Part shown: one piece after another, positions 1-8,930 of the stretch
Layout: every line of letters starts with the position of its first letter
Numbering within the stretch: the first letter of the stretch is position 1
Source: a virus
Taxonomy: Duplodnaviria > Heunggongvirae > Uroviricota > Caudoviricetes
Virus record (IMG/VR): IMGVR_UViG_3300045988_013781
Strand: one strand, 5' to 3'
Length of the DNA stretch: 31,645 bases
The notes under the pieces: model-generated
What the model was told of the DNA's origin: nothing
The model's input: the letters and a program-made list of their open reading frames with translations, nothing else
Databases searched by the model: none
Translations under genes and position numbers: made by a program

Positions 1-159
1 CGGTGCCCCCACACAGCCCACCATAGAATAGGTGCGCTTTACACATAAAAAAACCGCTTATGCGGCATATGTGCCTCTGTAGTAATCCGGGAGACCAATC
101 CCGGCACTGGCAAAATCCAGTGCCCGATTACTATGGCACAAGAGGAGTGCGATGTAAAT

Positions 160-174
160 TTACCGCAAAGGTAA
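160..174. promoter_or_regulatory. Operator-like palindrome TTACC-gcaaa-GGTAA
   Basis: Perfect match to the recurrent 15-bp palindrome, about 150 bp upstream of the antirepressor remnant. Confidence 0.55.
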
Positions 175-321
175 TAATAGACACAGGTGGATATTAAAAT
201 CAACCATATTTGGTTAATGCGTGTAAAAGAGCCAGCAGCGAGAAATTGTGCCGCGACGTAAAATAACGAGCATCTGCTGGCTTACAACCAGCGATGTTTC
301 AAATTTGTCACTACTATCAAC

Positions 322-528
322 GTGCCATTCCACGGCGCAGAACTTTATGTTGTCAATCACAACGGCGAACCGTACACCCCAATGAAACCTATCGTTGAGG
401 GAATGGGTCTAGACTGGAAATCTCAACATAAGAAGATTTCTCAACGCTTCTCGAAGGGTATGGTGGAAATCACCATACCTTCTGCCGGTGGGGTGCAAGC
501 CATGATTTGTATGGCTTTACGAAAATGA
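322..528 (+). pseudogene. Antirepressor N-terminal domain remnant (P22 AR N-terminal-like), truncated
   Basis: 68-aa ORF starting at GTG with no in-frame upstream ATG. The motif HGAELYVVNHNGEPYTPMKPIVEGMGLDWKSQ matches my recollection of antirepressor N-terminal domains. It stops right after ICMALRK, and a related peptide (ICLALRKLAG) reappears in another frame at 525-632, consistent with a disrupted or rearranged gene. Confidence 0.45.
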
Positions 529-678
529 AGCAGTGGTTTAAAACCTGCATTGTGAAAATCACAATGCAGCTTCCTGGGGATGAACAGCGCCGTGAGATTA
601 TTTGTTTGGCACTTCGCAAACTTGCAGGTTAGCTGCAAACCATCAGCCCAATGAATCCTATCGCTTGCATGTAGTCAC

Positions 679-1050
679 CTATTTATTTTTTAGCTTTTCA
701 TCCATAGCAAATTTCGTTGCTAAACTTTCACCATCTGATTTAAGCCTTCCAATAAATTTCCGCTTACCGTCTTGAGAGGAATTTAAATAGTATATATTTG
801 ATTCAGCAATCTTTTGTATGTACGACTCGCATGACACAACCGAAGCTTTGGATATAGAATCAACACTTTCTCCTGTCTTAGCGTATTTTACGGCCTGCCC
901 TTTTATACATCCAAAATATTCCATTGTATGCTTTTTAGAATCCTCCAGTGTTTCCCCATTTTTAGGCTGAATCATTAACGGTGAGGTAGTATCTGCAAAA
1001 GATTTTACAACTAAAAGCATAAGAATAATCATTAATATAATTCTGTTCAT
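679..1050 (-). CDS. Small secreted protein of unknown function (AT-rich moron)
   Basis: 123 aa. N-terminal signal-peptide-like segment MNRIILMIILMLLVVKSFA followed by a hydrophilic body with two Cys. Visibly AT-rich compared with the neighbouring virion genes. Sits immediately after the last internal virion protein gene. Confidence 0.6.
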   Translation of the reverse strand: MNRIILMIILMLLVVKSFADTTSPLMIQPKNGETLEDSKKHTMEYFGCIKGQAVKYAKTGESVDSISKASVVSCESYIQKIAESNIYYLNSSQDGKRKFIGRLKSDGESLATKFAMDEKLKNK

Positions 1051-1051
1051 A

Positions 1052-3601
1052 TTACTTCCCTAGCATGAACTGCGATGGTGGAATCAGAAATTCGTTACCC
1101 TGCTCACGCTCAACACGGCGCTGATAACGCTCAAGAGAGCCAGGGTCAAGGGCATCTTGTATCCGGTTCAATATTAAACCATTCATCGCCGTACGAAGCC
1201 AGAACACGTTGAGGAATGGCGTATTGTCAAGTGCCGTGCGATACCAGTCACCCAAATCTGCATCCCCTCTCGTGGTCTGCTGGAGCAGCGTGATAATGCT
1301 GTCAGCGTTCGATGCTGCCGGCCCCATTAGCGACGTAACCGGCCCGGCCCCCATGCGGTTGACCTCGCCAAACATGAAGTCACCCAAGATGCCAAGACCG
1401 CCCCCCTGAGATGCGGCTGCGAGAAACGTCTTGGCATCTGCCGGGCGCGGTGTTTGCCCTTTCAGCATGAGTTTTGACTGCATGGAGATATAACCAAACA
1501 TAGTCGCCCAGACAAAGAGGTTTGCAGCACCAAGGAAAGCCCCCTTCCCGTTACGCAGCAGCGCATTCGTCAGCGATCCGGTTTTCGACTCACCAAGCCC
1601 AGCAGGAATATAACCACGCCCGAATACTTCGCGTCCTAGTACGTTCTGCATGAAGCTTGCAGTGAACGATTTGTACTGACCAGCGAATCGTATTGCTTCC
1701 CCAGCCACCGTTCCTGGCACCGTGCCCATCTTCATAAACGCCTGCGTGCGATCGCCAGGCTCTGACATGGCGATATTCAGGCGGTCAAGGATGTAGCCGC
1801 GCAACTGCCCTTCCAATTGATCGCGTGCGTCAGCGATAGCGCGCTGCGTTGGCTTGATCCCCTTACTCTCTACATAACCGGCAATCACTTCGTCAGGCAC
1901 GCCGCGGATGCCGCTGGTCGTCATGAACTTACGACCTTCGCTATCGGCCATGTCCATGTTGCGAAAAATTTCCCACTCACGTTCGCCAATACCGTGCAGA
2001 TCCAGCACGCGTCGCAGGTCTTCCGGTAGCCGCGCATGAGGCTGGTCAGCATTCTTTGCAAGCCAGTTGGTTATCATCATGGCGTTACTGTTGCGACCGC
2101 TCTCGGTCCAGAAGTTCATGAGGTTGTACTTAAAGAAAAGCTGCTGCGCGCGACCAAGTTTTCCATTCAGCGTGTCATCACCAGATATGCGCCGGATGAT
2201 TTCCTGCGTCATGGAGTCGGAATAAACTCCGATAGAGGAAAGGATCTCTTTCTGCTCCGCGCTGTTGTAACGCGTGAAGCGGCCTCTCATAGCACCAAGC
2301 AACGCCTGCATAAAATTCTGCCCTTGGTAGCGCATCTCGGTAGCGGCGATAGGCACGTCGTTAAACGATGAGATTACCGCGCCACCAAGCTGGCTCATAC
2401 GCAACCAGCCGCGTACAGCCGCCGACGCATTGGCCCAGCCTACGCTGCCAGGAATATTTAGCGAGCCGTCAACCTGCGGCATTACGGTACGGTTAATGCG
2501 ACGCACCTTCGTCATGTAGTCAGCCAACGCTGCCGGTCTTCCGGATTTGCTGATATCTTCAGCAATGGTGTCCGTCAGGTACTTAAACATGTTCTGTGGG
2601 TTAGTGCCCAATACGCGCATCATGCCCGTTGTGCGGGCAGCGCTGTTTAAGCCACCAAACAGCGCCTCTCGCAGGCTGCCGGTGCCGAATTGCTGGTTGT
2701 ACTCGTGCCACGAGATACCATCTTTGAAGTGCAAAATTCGCTCTTGGCTGGCGCGTTTAGCTGCGTTCGCCGATCCCTTAAAGCCATTCATCCAATCGGG
2801 CTTTTCAGATGTAAGATGCACGCCGGAAGCCAGCCCGTTATAAATGTTACGCATGAACTGCTCGCGGTCAGCCACGCCGTCAAAAGTGCGCTCATCAAGG
2901 CGCGGGAGAATAGCATTTCGCCATGCTTCATAACCTGCGGCGCGGATCTTCATGATGTCGTGTGACTGGCGCACTATATAGCCCGGCTCTTTGCGTATCC
3001 ATGCCCCGGCACGGTTCTCATCAATGCGCGCAGTTTCCTGCCATTTCATGATGATTTGTGCAGCGCTTACGGATTGCTTTGTCATACCGTCAGTTGACTG
3101 CCCGCGCCCTATGCGCCACATTGCATCGGCAATTTCCCTGTCATTGCTGCCGCTGGCGATGAATTGCACCAGCCCGGCACGGTCAAAATCGTAGTTGATA
3201 CCGGAATGATACTTGCCGCGCAGTTGCGCCACCTCCGAAGATACCGACCGGCGGGCGCCGGTACGCGCATCGTTACGGCCAACCAGCATTGCTTCAAGCC
3301 CGATATCCGGGCGGTCTTTCCAGATAGTACGAAGCTCTCTAAGTCGTTGTGCGGCAATACGGGTGTTGATTGCCTTATTGCGAGACTCAATCTGTTTTGC
3401 CAGCATATCGGCATTGCTCAGTTCTTCCGCTGCGCGCATCGCGGCCTCTTCCAGAGACAGCGCCTCATTGGTCGCCAGAATTCGCCTAGTGGTGTCGTTC
3501 ATGTCACGCACCAGCGACTCCATCTCATCGGAAGAAAGCTCGCGACCAGCGGCAGCATTTACACTGCGCTCGCACTGCGTCAAAAATTCGTTTGCTGCCA
3601 T
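1052..3601 (-). CDS. Internal virion/ejection protein (large, T7 gp16-position)
   Basis: About 849 aa ORF. Its ATG overlaps the stop of the upstream gene (translational coupling). Last large gene of the virion module. Function inferred from position only. Confidence 0.45.
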   Translation of the reverse strand: MAANEFLTQCERSVNAAAGRELSSDEMESLVRDMNDTTRRILATNEALSLEEAAMRAAEELSNADMLAKQIESRNKAINTRIAAQRLRELRTIWKDRPDIGLEAMLVGRNDARTGARRSVSSEVAQLRGKYHSGINYDFDRAGLVQFIASGSNDREIADAMWRIGRGQSTDGMTKQSVSAAQIIMKWQETARIDENRAGAWIRKEPGYIVRQSHDIMKIRAAGYEAWRNAILPRLDERTFDGVADREQFMRNIYNGLASGVHLTSEKPDWMNGFKGSANAAKRASQERILHFKDGISWHEYNQQFGTGSLREALFGGLNSAARTTGMMRVLGTNPQNMFKYLTDTIAEDISKSGRPAALADYMTKVRRINRTVMPQVDGSLNIPGSVGWANASAAVRGWLRMSQLGGAVISSFNDVPIAATEMRYQGQNFMQALLGAMRGRFTRYNSAEQKEILSSIGVYSDSMTQEIIRRISGDDTLNGKLGRAQQLFFKYNLMNFWTESGRNSNAMMITNWLAKNADQPHARLPEDLRRVLDLHGIGEREWEIFRNMDMADSEGRKFMTTSGIRGVPDEVIAGYVESKGIKPTQRAIADARDQLEGQLRGYILDRLNIAMSEPGDRTQAFMKMGTVPGTVAGEAIRFAGQYKSFTASFMQNVLGREVFGRGYIPAGLGESKTGSLTNALLRNGKGAFLGAANLFVWATMFGYISMQSKLMLKGQTPRPADAKTFLAAASQGGGLGILGDFMFGEVNRMGAGPVTSLMGPAASNADSIITLLQQTTRGDADLGDWYRTALDNTPFLNVFWLRTAMNGLILNRIQDALDPGSLERYQRRVEREQGNEFLIPPSQFMLGK

Positions 3602-5298
3602 CACATCCCCCGGTTAATCATACAGGCGGCAAATGCCCGGAAAGCGTTGCTCATGCTATTGTCGCTGGCGTCGGCACGAATATCATTGAGTTTCTGGCGC
3701 AACGTGGTCGCAAGATCAGGGTTATCGACAGCGATATCGTCAAGCAGGGCGTTACTCAGGTTGAGCTCGTTATCAAGGTCTGCAGCGGCAGCGGTAATTT
3801 CATGATCTGCCTTTTGCGTTTCTTGATAAACCCGATCGGCTGTTTCGCTTGCTGGGCGAGCCGTTTCATCAACCTGCCGTGCCGGGTTCTGTATGCGATG
3901 GATGGCGCGTTCACGCAGTGCCGATTTGTGCAGTTCATAGAAGGGCTCAACATCTGGGCTACGTCCTTCCATCATGTGTGCCAGCGCAGCGCGATACGCC
4001 TGCTGGTTCACGCTCCAGTCAGCATCCCTGATGGCGCTTGCGGCAGTGCGAACTGCGCCAGCGACCGGCGACATCTGCATGCCGTCCAGGATCTGCTGCG
4101 CACGCTCGGAAATGGTGACTTTCAGGTCGTCGGGGATCTCGCCGCGGGAAATCTGAGACTGGCGCCAGCGCGCCTGCTCTGCTGTCGCGTTCTGCTCCAG
4201 CGATGTGTTGATCTCCTGATTGCGTGCAGCGATGGCGTCTTTCTCGGCCTGAATCTCTTTCAGTGCCCTAGAGCGCGCATCCTTAAACTTCATCCGCTGC
4301 CCCTGATACTTTTTGGTGCGCTGCTGCAGCGTCGCATCAAGCGAGTCAGCATGACGTTGATTAGCCGCAAGCTCGGCACGCAGGTCGGCAACGTTACCGA
4401 TCTGTCCGCTCTGTAACTCCTGCTGGCGCGCCATATAGTCAGGAACCACGTCGTCATAAGCCCGGCTGTATGCGTAGCTCTCCGCTTCATTGGAAATGGC
4501 CGCCGCCAGATCTGCGTTAGCGCCAACATCAGGGATATTCACGCCCGCCGGAATGTTGTCAGGCGTTATCACCGGGGTTGGCTGCGCATCGCCAGAAAAC
4601 GCCGGGGACTCTCCCGTTGCAGCATCGGGAACGCGACGCGGTCGCACGATATCGGCGATAAGGCCGCCGCCGGCATGCATTAGACCGCCAGCCATCGTGT
4701 TAAAGAAAGTACTTTCCAACGCGTTGCTATAGGTGAAGTCGTCACCTTCCGCCGCCGCTGCCAGCCCGGTAAGCGGCACGGTCACCACCGCCTGCGCTGC
4801 CCCCATGCGTGCACCCGCAACAAATCGCTCGCCAAATCGGCCAAGCACAGAAGCTGCCTTTGCTTCTCCAGCGAACGGAACCAGCGCCAGCGCCACGTTA
4901 CCAGGATCTGCCATTGAACCAGCTAGGCTGGCTGCGAAATTAAGCGGCGTGGCTACCCACCCGCTCGGTGCCGACATCGCAATCTGCTGGCGTGCCAGAG
5001 AATCTTTGCGTTCGGCAATAACATGATCGAGAAAAGCCTGCGTAACGCCAGAATCTGGCACGTTTATGCTCTTTACGCCGTACTGCTTCAGGAGCTCATC
5101 TGCGTCCTGCTTACTGATAACTGTAGAGTTTGGGTCATTCGCCAGCGAGTCGACCTGCGCAAAGCGGTAGCCGGACATGACCGGCCCCTCTTCAAATCCC
5201 TGCTTAAGGGAAGAAAGCAGCGATTCGCCAAGCCCTGCTGGCGCGTTGCCAATTGGCTGGTTAATGCCCTGTCCCGGATCATCTGTGTAAATTGGCAT
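3601..5298 (-). CDS. Internal virion/ejection protein
   Basis: 565 aa ORF, Ala/Gln-rich, lying between the transglycosylase-bearing protein and the distal large protein. Positional inference. Confidence 0.45.
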   Translation of the reverse strand: MPIYTDDPGQGINQPIGNAPAGLGESLLSSLKQGFEEGPVMSGYRFAQVDSLANDPNSTVISKQDADELLKQYGVKSINVPDSGVTQAFLDHVIAERKDSLARQQIAMSAPSGWVATPLNFAASLAGSMADPGNVALALVPFAGEAKAASVLGRFGERFVAGARMGAAQAVVTVPLTGLAAAAEGDDFTYSNALESTFFNTMAGGLMHAGGGLIADIVRPRRVPDAATGESPAFSGDAQPTPVITPDNIPAGVNIPDVGANADLAAAISNEAESYAYSRAYDDVVPDYMARQQELQSGQIGNVADLRAELAANQRHADSLDATLQQRTKKYQGQRMKFKDARSRALKEIQAEKDAIAARNQEINTSLEQNATAEQARWRQSQISRGEIPDDLKVTISERAQQILDGMQMSPVAGAVRTAASAIRDADWSVNQQAYRAALAHMMEGRSPDVEPFYELHKSALRERAIHRIQNPARQVDETARPASETADRVYQETQKADHEITAAAADLDNELNLSNALLDDIAVDNPDLATTLRQKLNDIRADASDNSMSNAFRAFAACMINRGM

Positions 5299-5299
5299 G

Positions 5300-7921
5300 T
5301 TATCGTCCTGATTGCTGGCCGTTCTGGAAAATGTTAATCAGGTTGTCGCGCTGACTTTCTGCGCTGTATTCCTTAGACTGTCCGGGAGTATATTTCACCG
5401 GAGTATCAATGAACTTGGTAATGCGGTTCCATACTGATCGGTTGGTTGTTCCCAGTTTCGCCAGATCGTTGAACGTCACCGTAATCGGGTTGCCATCGGC
5501 ACCGTTGACGATCAGCCCGTTGAGCATCAGGGTAAGTCCTGTTTCGTCGCTATTGGTAACCCACTGCGCATTATCACGAATGCGGGAGATACTCTGCTCA
5601 CGGTTAACCTCATCAGGTAGCCTTGGGTCACCAATAAGCGGCATAATCTGATCTGCTGACAGGTTTTTCAGATACGCATTGGCACCATCGTTAACGTCAC
5701 GAATATCTATCCCTGCACGCTTAGGTAGCCGCCAAGTGCCATTGGTCTGGTACTGCTCGCCGAGGATGTCCTGATACGCCTGTTTTGCTGCATCAGACGC
5801 CGACATTCCGCGCTGCATGTTGATGTAAGTAAGTCGTTTTCCCTGCTCGTTGAAGTTATTCCACACGGCAGTGCCACCAGGCTGAACAACCATCGTGCCT
5901 GCAAAATCTTTCGATTGGTCATTCCATGACGAGTCGGCGCTATCCGCGTCGGTTTTCTCAAGACTGCCGCGTAAGTCAGCAGTTTTAACGCTACGGTTTT
6001 GCCAGAGCGCATTTGCCGCGCGCGGGTTCTCGGTAGCCATGACAACCTGCAACGCAGGATAAGCGTTCTTCTGAACCTGCTGCATCACCTGATCCGAGTA
6101 TTTGCCGAACGACTGCGCCACCGACTGAATGGCCTTTACGCTAGATTCCTGCGTGTTGTCAATACGCTGCAGTACGTCGTTGACCATGGACTCCGGTAAA
6201 ACTTTTTTGCTCATTATCCCCAGGCGGTCTTTTTCAGACTGTATGCGGGAAACCAGGTATTCACCAGATGAAGGGTCATTGAGGTACTGCTGGAATGCAG
6301 CTTGCACAACCGGAGAGTTTTGTTGCAGCCATGCCCCCGGATCCGCTTCCCGCGCCTTCAGTACCTGCCCAAGCTTGACCTTTGCCGATGCATAAAGCTC
6401 TGCTTTGTATTTAAAGTCAGGGTCGTTTTCCTGCGGTGCCATTGCCTGCACGGCGGCGGTACCCTGCTGGACGTTGCCCTGCATAATGGTCTGATAAACA
6501 GGTTGTAGCGTCATTGCCTGCTGGTATTGCTGGAAGGTTTTTTCCATCTGCAGGCGCTCGGCAGGCGCTGCCTGAAGCGGCATAACGGCGGCCCATTCGT
6601 GCGCTGAAATAGGCGTCACCTGCTTACCGGCCTCAATTTTGGATAGGTCATCCTGCATTCGACTCTGTAGCGCAACGCGACCGGCTGAAGCCTGCATGTC
6701 GTACATGCCAGCAACCTTGCTCATCATCTGCGACTTTTTGTCCGGACTCATGGCGTTCCAGAATGGCTGTGCGATGAGGTTTTCCATCGTCGCAGATCCA
6801 GGAATAGCTCCAGCACTGCCAGTTACTTTTGCCACATAATTGCGCGTCTCGTCGTATGGGATAGCTGCGGCAAACTGGGCGTCACTGACTTCGCCTGTGC
6901 GCGGATCGCCAATCTGTTTAATCCAGCCGTCAACCTTTCCTGGGCCAGCGTTATAGGCAGCTACTGCCAGAACCGGGTTATTGTCGTATTTCTTCATCTG
7001 CGCGCCGAAATAAGCTTGCCCCAAGCGGGCATTATAGCGCGGGTCATTCAACCATTTATCTCGGTCCCACGACACGCCAGCAAGGCGGGCAGCTTCGGGG
7101 CCAGTATCTTCCGTCACCTGCGCTACGCCAACAGCGCCTTTTGGCGACACCAGAGGTGTTCCGTCCTTTCCGTACTGATTTCCGCCACTCTCCTGCCAGA
7201 TTATTGCAGAGAATAACTGCGCCTCACTCGGTGTATCGGTTACCTCAATCTTGCCGTTCGGACCCATCATCTGTTGATACATCGGCACATACCACGCCTC
7301 CGCCGCACCGTTCGCGGCATTCTCGCGCCACGAAACCCAGTTCTGTTCGATCTCTTCCTGACTCTGGCCGTGGGCTTCGCCGTAAGCGATGATGCTATGA
7401 TATGCCTTCAATCCTGCCTGGTTTGCCATTGTCGGGTTACGGAACTGCATCGATAGGTTTTTTAGTGTCGCATCCTGCATATCCGCCTCATACTGGCGAA
7501 CCTGTCCTATTTCGTACCTCCCGGCCTGCGTAGTGAACTGAATGCGCTGCTGCTGTGCCTGCTGCATGAAAGCATTACGAGCCTGTTCATCCGGCAGCGA
7601 CATAGCCAGTTGTTCGATCTGAGCATCAAACTGCTGCGTATACTCCTGACCTTTTCCAATAGCATTTTTCCCTTTCAGGTTAAGCAAACCTGTTTCAGGA
7701 TTATTCAGCAGATCGCTGCTTATCTGACTGAGGTTAAGAGATGCCTCCTGAGCCAGAGCGATATTGGCACGCTGTTTTGCCTGCCCCAAAACATCAATTG
7801 CCTCTGTCCCTGCCCGAACAAAAGCATCACCAATACCTGGCTGAGAAAACGTCTGCAAGCCTGCTGACTGAACTCCACGACTCTCAACCTGACGTCCGGA
7901 TACTGTTGGTACGACTGGCAT
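5300..7921 (-). CDS. Internal virion protein with lytic transglycosylase (SLT) domain
   Basis: ATG at 7919-7921 overlaps the stop of the gp14-like gene and has a GGAGG RBS. The translation contains IIWQESGGNQ ... AYNAGPGKV, a soluble lytic transglycosylase signature with the catalytic E-S motif (about nt 6880-7190). Confidence 0.7.
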   Translation of the reverse strand: MPVVPTVSGRQVESRGVQSAGLQTFSQPGIGDAFVRAGTEAIDVLGQAKQRANIALAQEASLNLSQISSDLLNNPETGLLNLKGKNAIGKGQEYTQQFDAQIEQLAMSLPDEQARNAFMQQAQQQRIQFTTQAGRYEIGQVRQYEADMQDATLKNLSMQFRNPTMANQAGLKAYHSIIAYGEAHGQSQEEIEQNWVSWRENAANGAAEAWYVPMYQQMMGPNGKIEVTDTPSEAQLFSAIIWQESGGNQYGKDGTPLVSPKGAVGVAQVTEDTGPEAARLAGVSWDRDKWLNDPRYNARLGQAYFGAQMKKYDNNPVLAVAAYNAGPGKVDGWIKQIGDPRTGEVSDAQFAAAIPYDETRNYVAKVTGSAGAIPGSATMENLIAQPFWNAMSPDKKSQMMSKVAGMYDMQASAGRVALQSRMQDDLSKIEAGKQVTPISAHEWAAVMPLQAAPAERLQMEKTFQQYQQAMTLQPVYQTIMQGNVQQGTAAVQAMAPQENDPDFKYKAELYASAKVKLGQVLKAREADPGAWLQQNSPVVQAAFQQYLNDPSSGEYLVSRIQSEKDRLGIMSKKVLPESMVNDVLQRIDNTQESSVKAIQSVAQSFGKYSDQVMQQVQKNAYPALQVVMATENPRAANALWQNRSVKTADLRGSLEKTDADSADSSWNDQSKDFAGTMVVQPGGTAVWNNFNEQGKRLTYINMQRGMSASDAAKQAYQDILGEQYQTNGTWRLPKRAGIDIRDVNDGANAYLKNLSADQIMPLIGDPRLPDEVNREQSISRIRDNAQWVTNSDETGLTLMLNGLIVNGADGNPITVTFNDLAKLGTTNRSVWNRITKFIDTPVKYTPGQSKEYSAESQRDNLINIFQNGQQSGR

Positions 7922-8466
7922 TATAATCCTCCGGGTAATCTGGTTCCTGCTGCTGCCCCGATTGGCGCAGGAGTGCTTTGAGTAAACGGACTCCACGTCC
8001 CACCAAACATCTGGTACGCACCGTATGCCTTCAGAGGCGCAGTGAGCAATGTTGTTGCTGCTCCCACATTCCCCTGTTTACGGGCTGAACTGGCTTCTGC
8101 TTTATAGTTGGCAGCCTGAACCTGATAACCGTAAGCCTCGCGTTGCGCGTTATTCACCGTCGTCAGAGAATCAAGAGCGCCAAACTGGGCAGTGTCGCCA
8201 AATATATCCAGCGCGTTACCTGTAGATAAATCAGCGCCGGTAGCCCCCATTGTCGCCGCCTGTGTACCAAGCCGCTGTCGGGTCTCTCTGCGTCGTTGCT
8301 CAGCTTCAGCGTTACCTCTGTTTATTGCATCATTTGCCTGAGCTGTGGCTATATCTGCGTTCGCTTCTGCAACCTTCGAGGCATACTTTCCCTGTTGGTA
8401 CTGGGTGTATGCCTGAATGCCACTCATGGCGAGCATTGCGCCACCAGCAATAACCGGATCGCACAT
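7921..8466 (-). CDS. Internal virion protein A-like (T7 gp14-like)
   Basis: 181 aa. The N-terminus MCDPVIAGGAMLAMSGIQAY and the Ala/Gln-rich body resemble T7 gp14 as I recall it (MCWAAAIPIAISGAQAI...). Its position after the gp12-like gene fits. Confidence 0.5.
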   Translation of the reverse strand: MCDPVIAGGAMLAMSGIQAYTQYQQGKYASKVAEANADIATAQANDAINRGNAEAEQRRRETRQRLGTQAATMGATGADLSTGNALDIFGDTAQFGALDSLTTVNNAQREAYGYQVQAANYKAEASSARKQGNVGAATTLLTAPLKAYGAYQMFGGTWSPFTQSTPAPIGAAAGTRLPGGL

Positions 8467-8930
8467 TATTTTCTCTCCATGTGAAATCTGTGGAAATTAA
8501 GACCAAGAGCACCATAAGGCGCGGCTTCTTCAAGCCTGAATCCAAGCCAGTGCAGCCATGCTTTGGCAACATGGTTTCGCTCGTCGACGTAGTTTTCCAG
8601 GCGCGGATAAACTGCCAGCATCTGCTGCAATACAGGGCGGCAGTGGCGAAGAAATGTCTTCTGATATTTTTCAATACGGCTGGTCCCGACCAGCCAGGGC
8701 GTACCATTGCCACCGATCATTGACGCCGGAGATACGCCAAACATGGTTACCAGTTCTCCGTTCGCAAATCCTGACCAGGCCATAGTCGCAGTGCGAAGAC
8801 CAACACGCAGCGCATCTTCGGTAGTCATCAGCGATACCGCATACAGTTCGTCAATATCAGCCTGACGAACATCCGGCAAAATCATCTGAAGATGCTCTTC
8901 GGTGGCGGGAATAATTTGAACATCGATCAT
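8466..8930 (-). CDS. Hypothetical virion-module protein (gp13-position)
   Basis: 154 aa ORF, translationally coupled to its neighbours. No family recognised. Confidence 0.45.
   Translation of the reverse strand: MIDVQIIPATEEHLQMILPDVRQADIDELYAVSLMTTEDALRVGLRTATMAWSGFANGELVTMFGVSPASMIGGNGTPWLVGTSRIEKYQKTFLRHCRPVLQQMLAVYPRLENYVDERNHVAKAWLHWLGFRLEEAAPYGALGLNFHRFHMERK

Noticed and set aside
235..288. Long-range inverted repeat GCCAGCAG...CTGCTGGC upstream of the antirepressor remnant, considered as a possible att core or LexA box
   Set aside because: It does not match the LexA consensus (CTGT-N8-ACAG) and is not repeated elsewhere in the window. It is too isolated to interpret.
1209..5337. Many plus-strand ORFs of 60-274 aa in the track (for example 3164..3805, 3592..4416, 4733..5026) overlapping the large minus-strand virion genes
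   Set aside because: They lie antisense inside long, translationally coupled minus-strand genes, have no RBS context and give low-complexity Ala/Arg/Ser-rich translations typical of GC-rich antisense frames.
5300..7921. Lytic transglycosylase domain as the phage endolysin or part of a lysis cassette
   Set aside because: The domain is embedded in a large internal virion protein within the structural operon, with no adjacent holin or spanin-like small membrane proteins. It fits a virion-associated peptidoglycan hydrolase used during DNA ejection.
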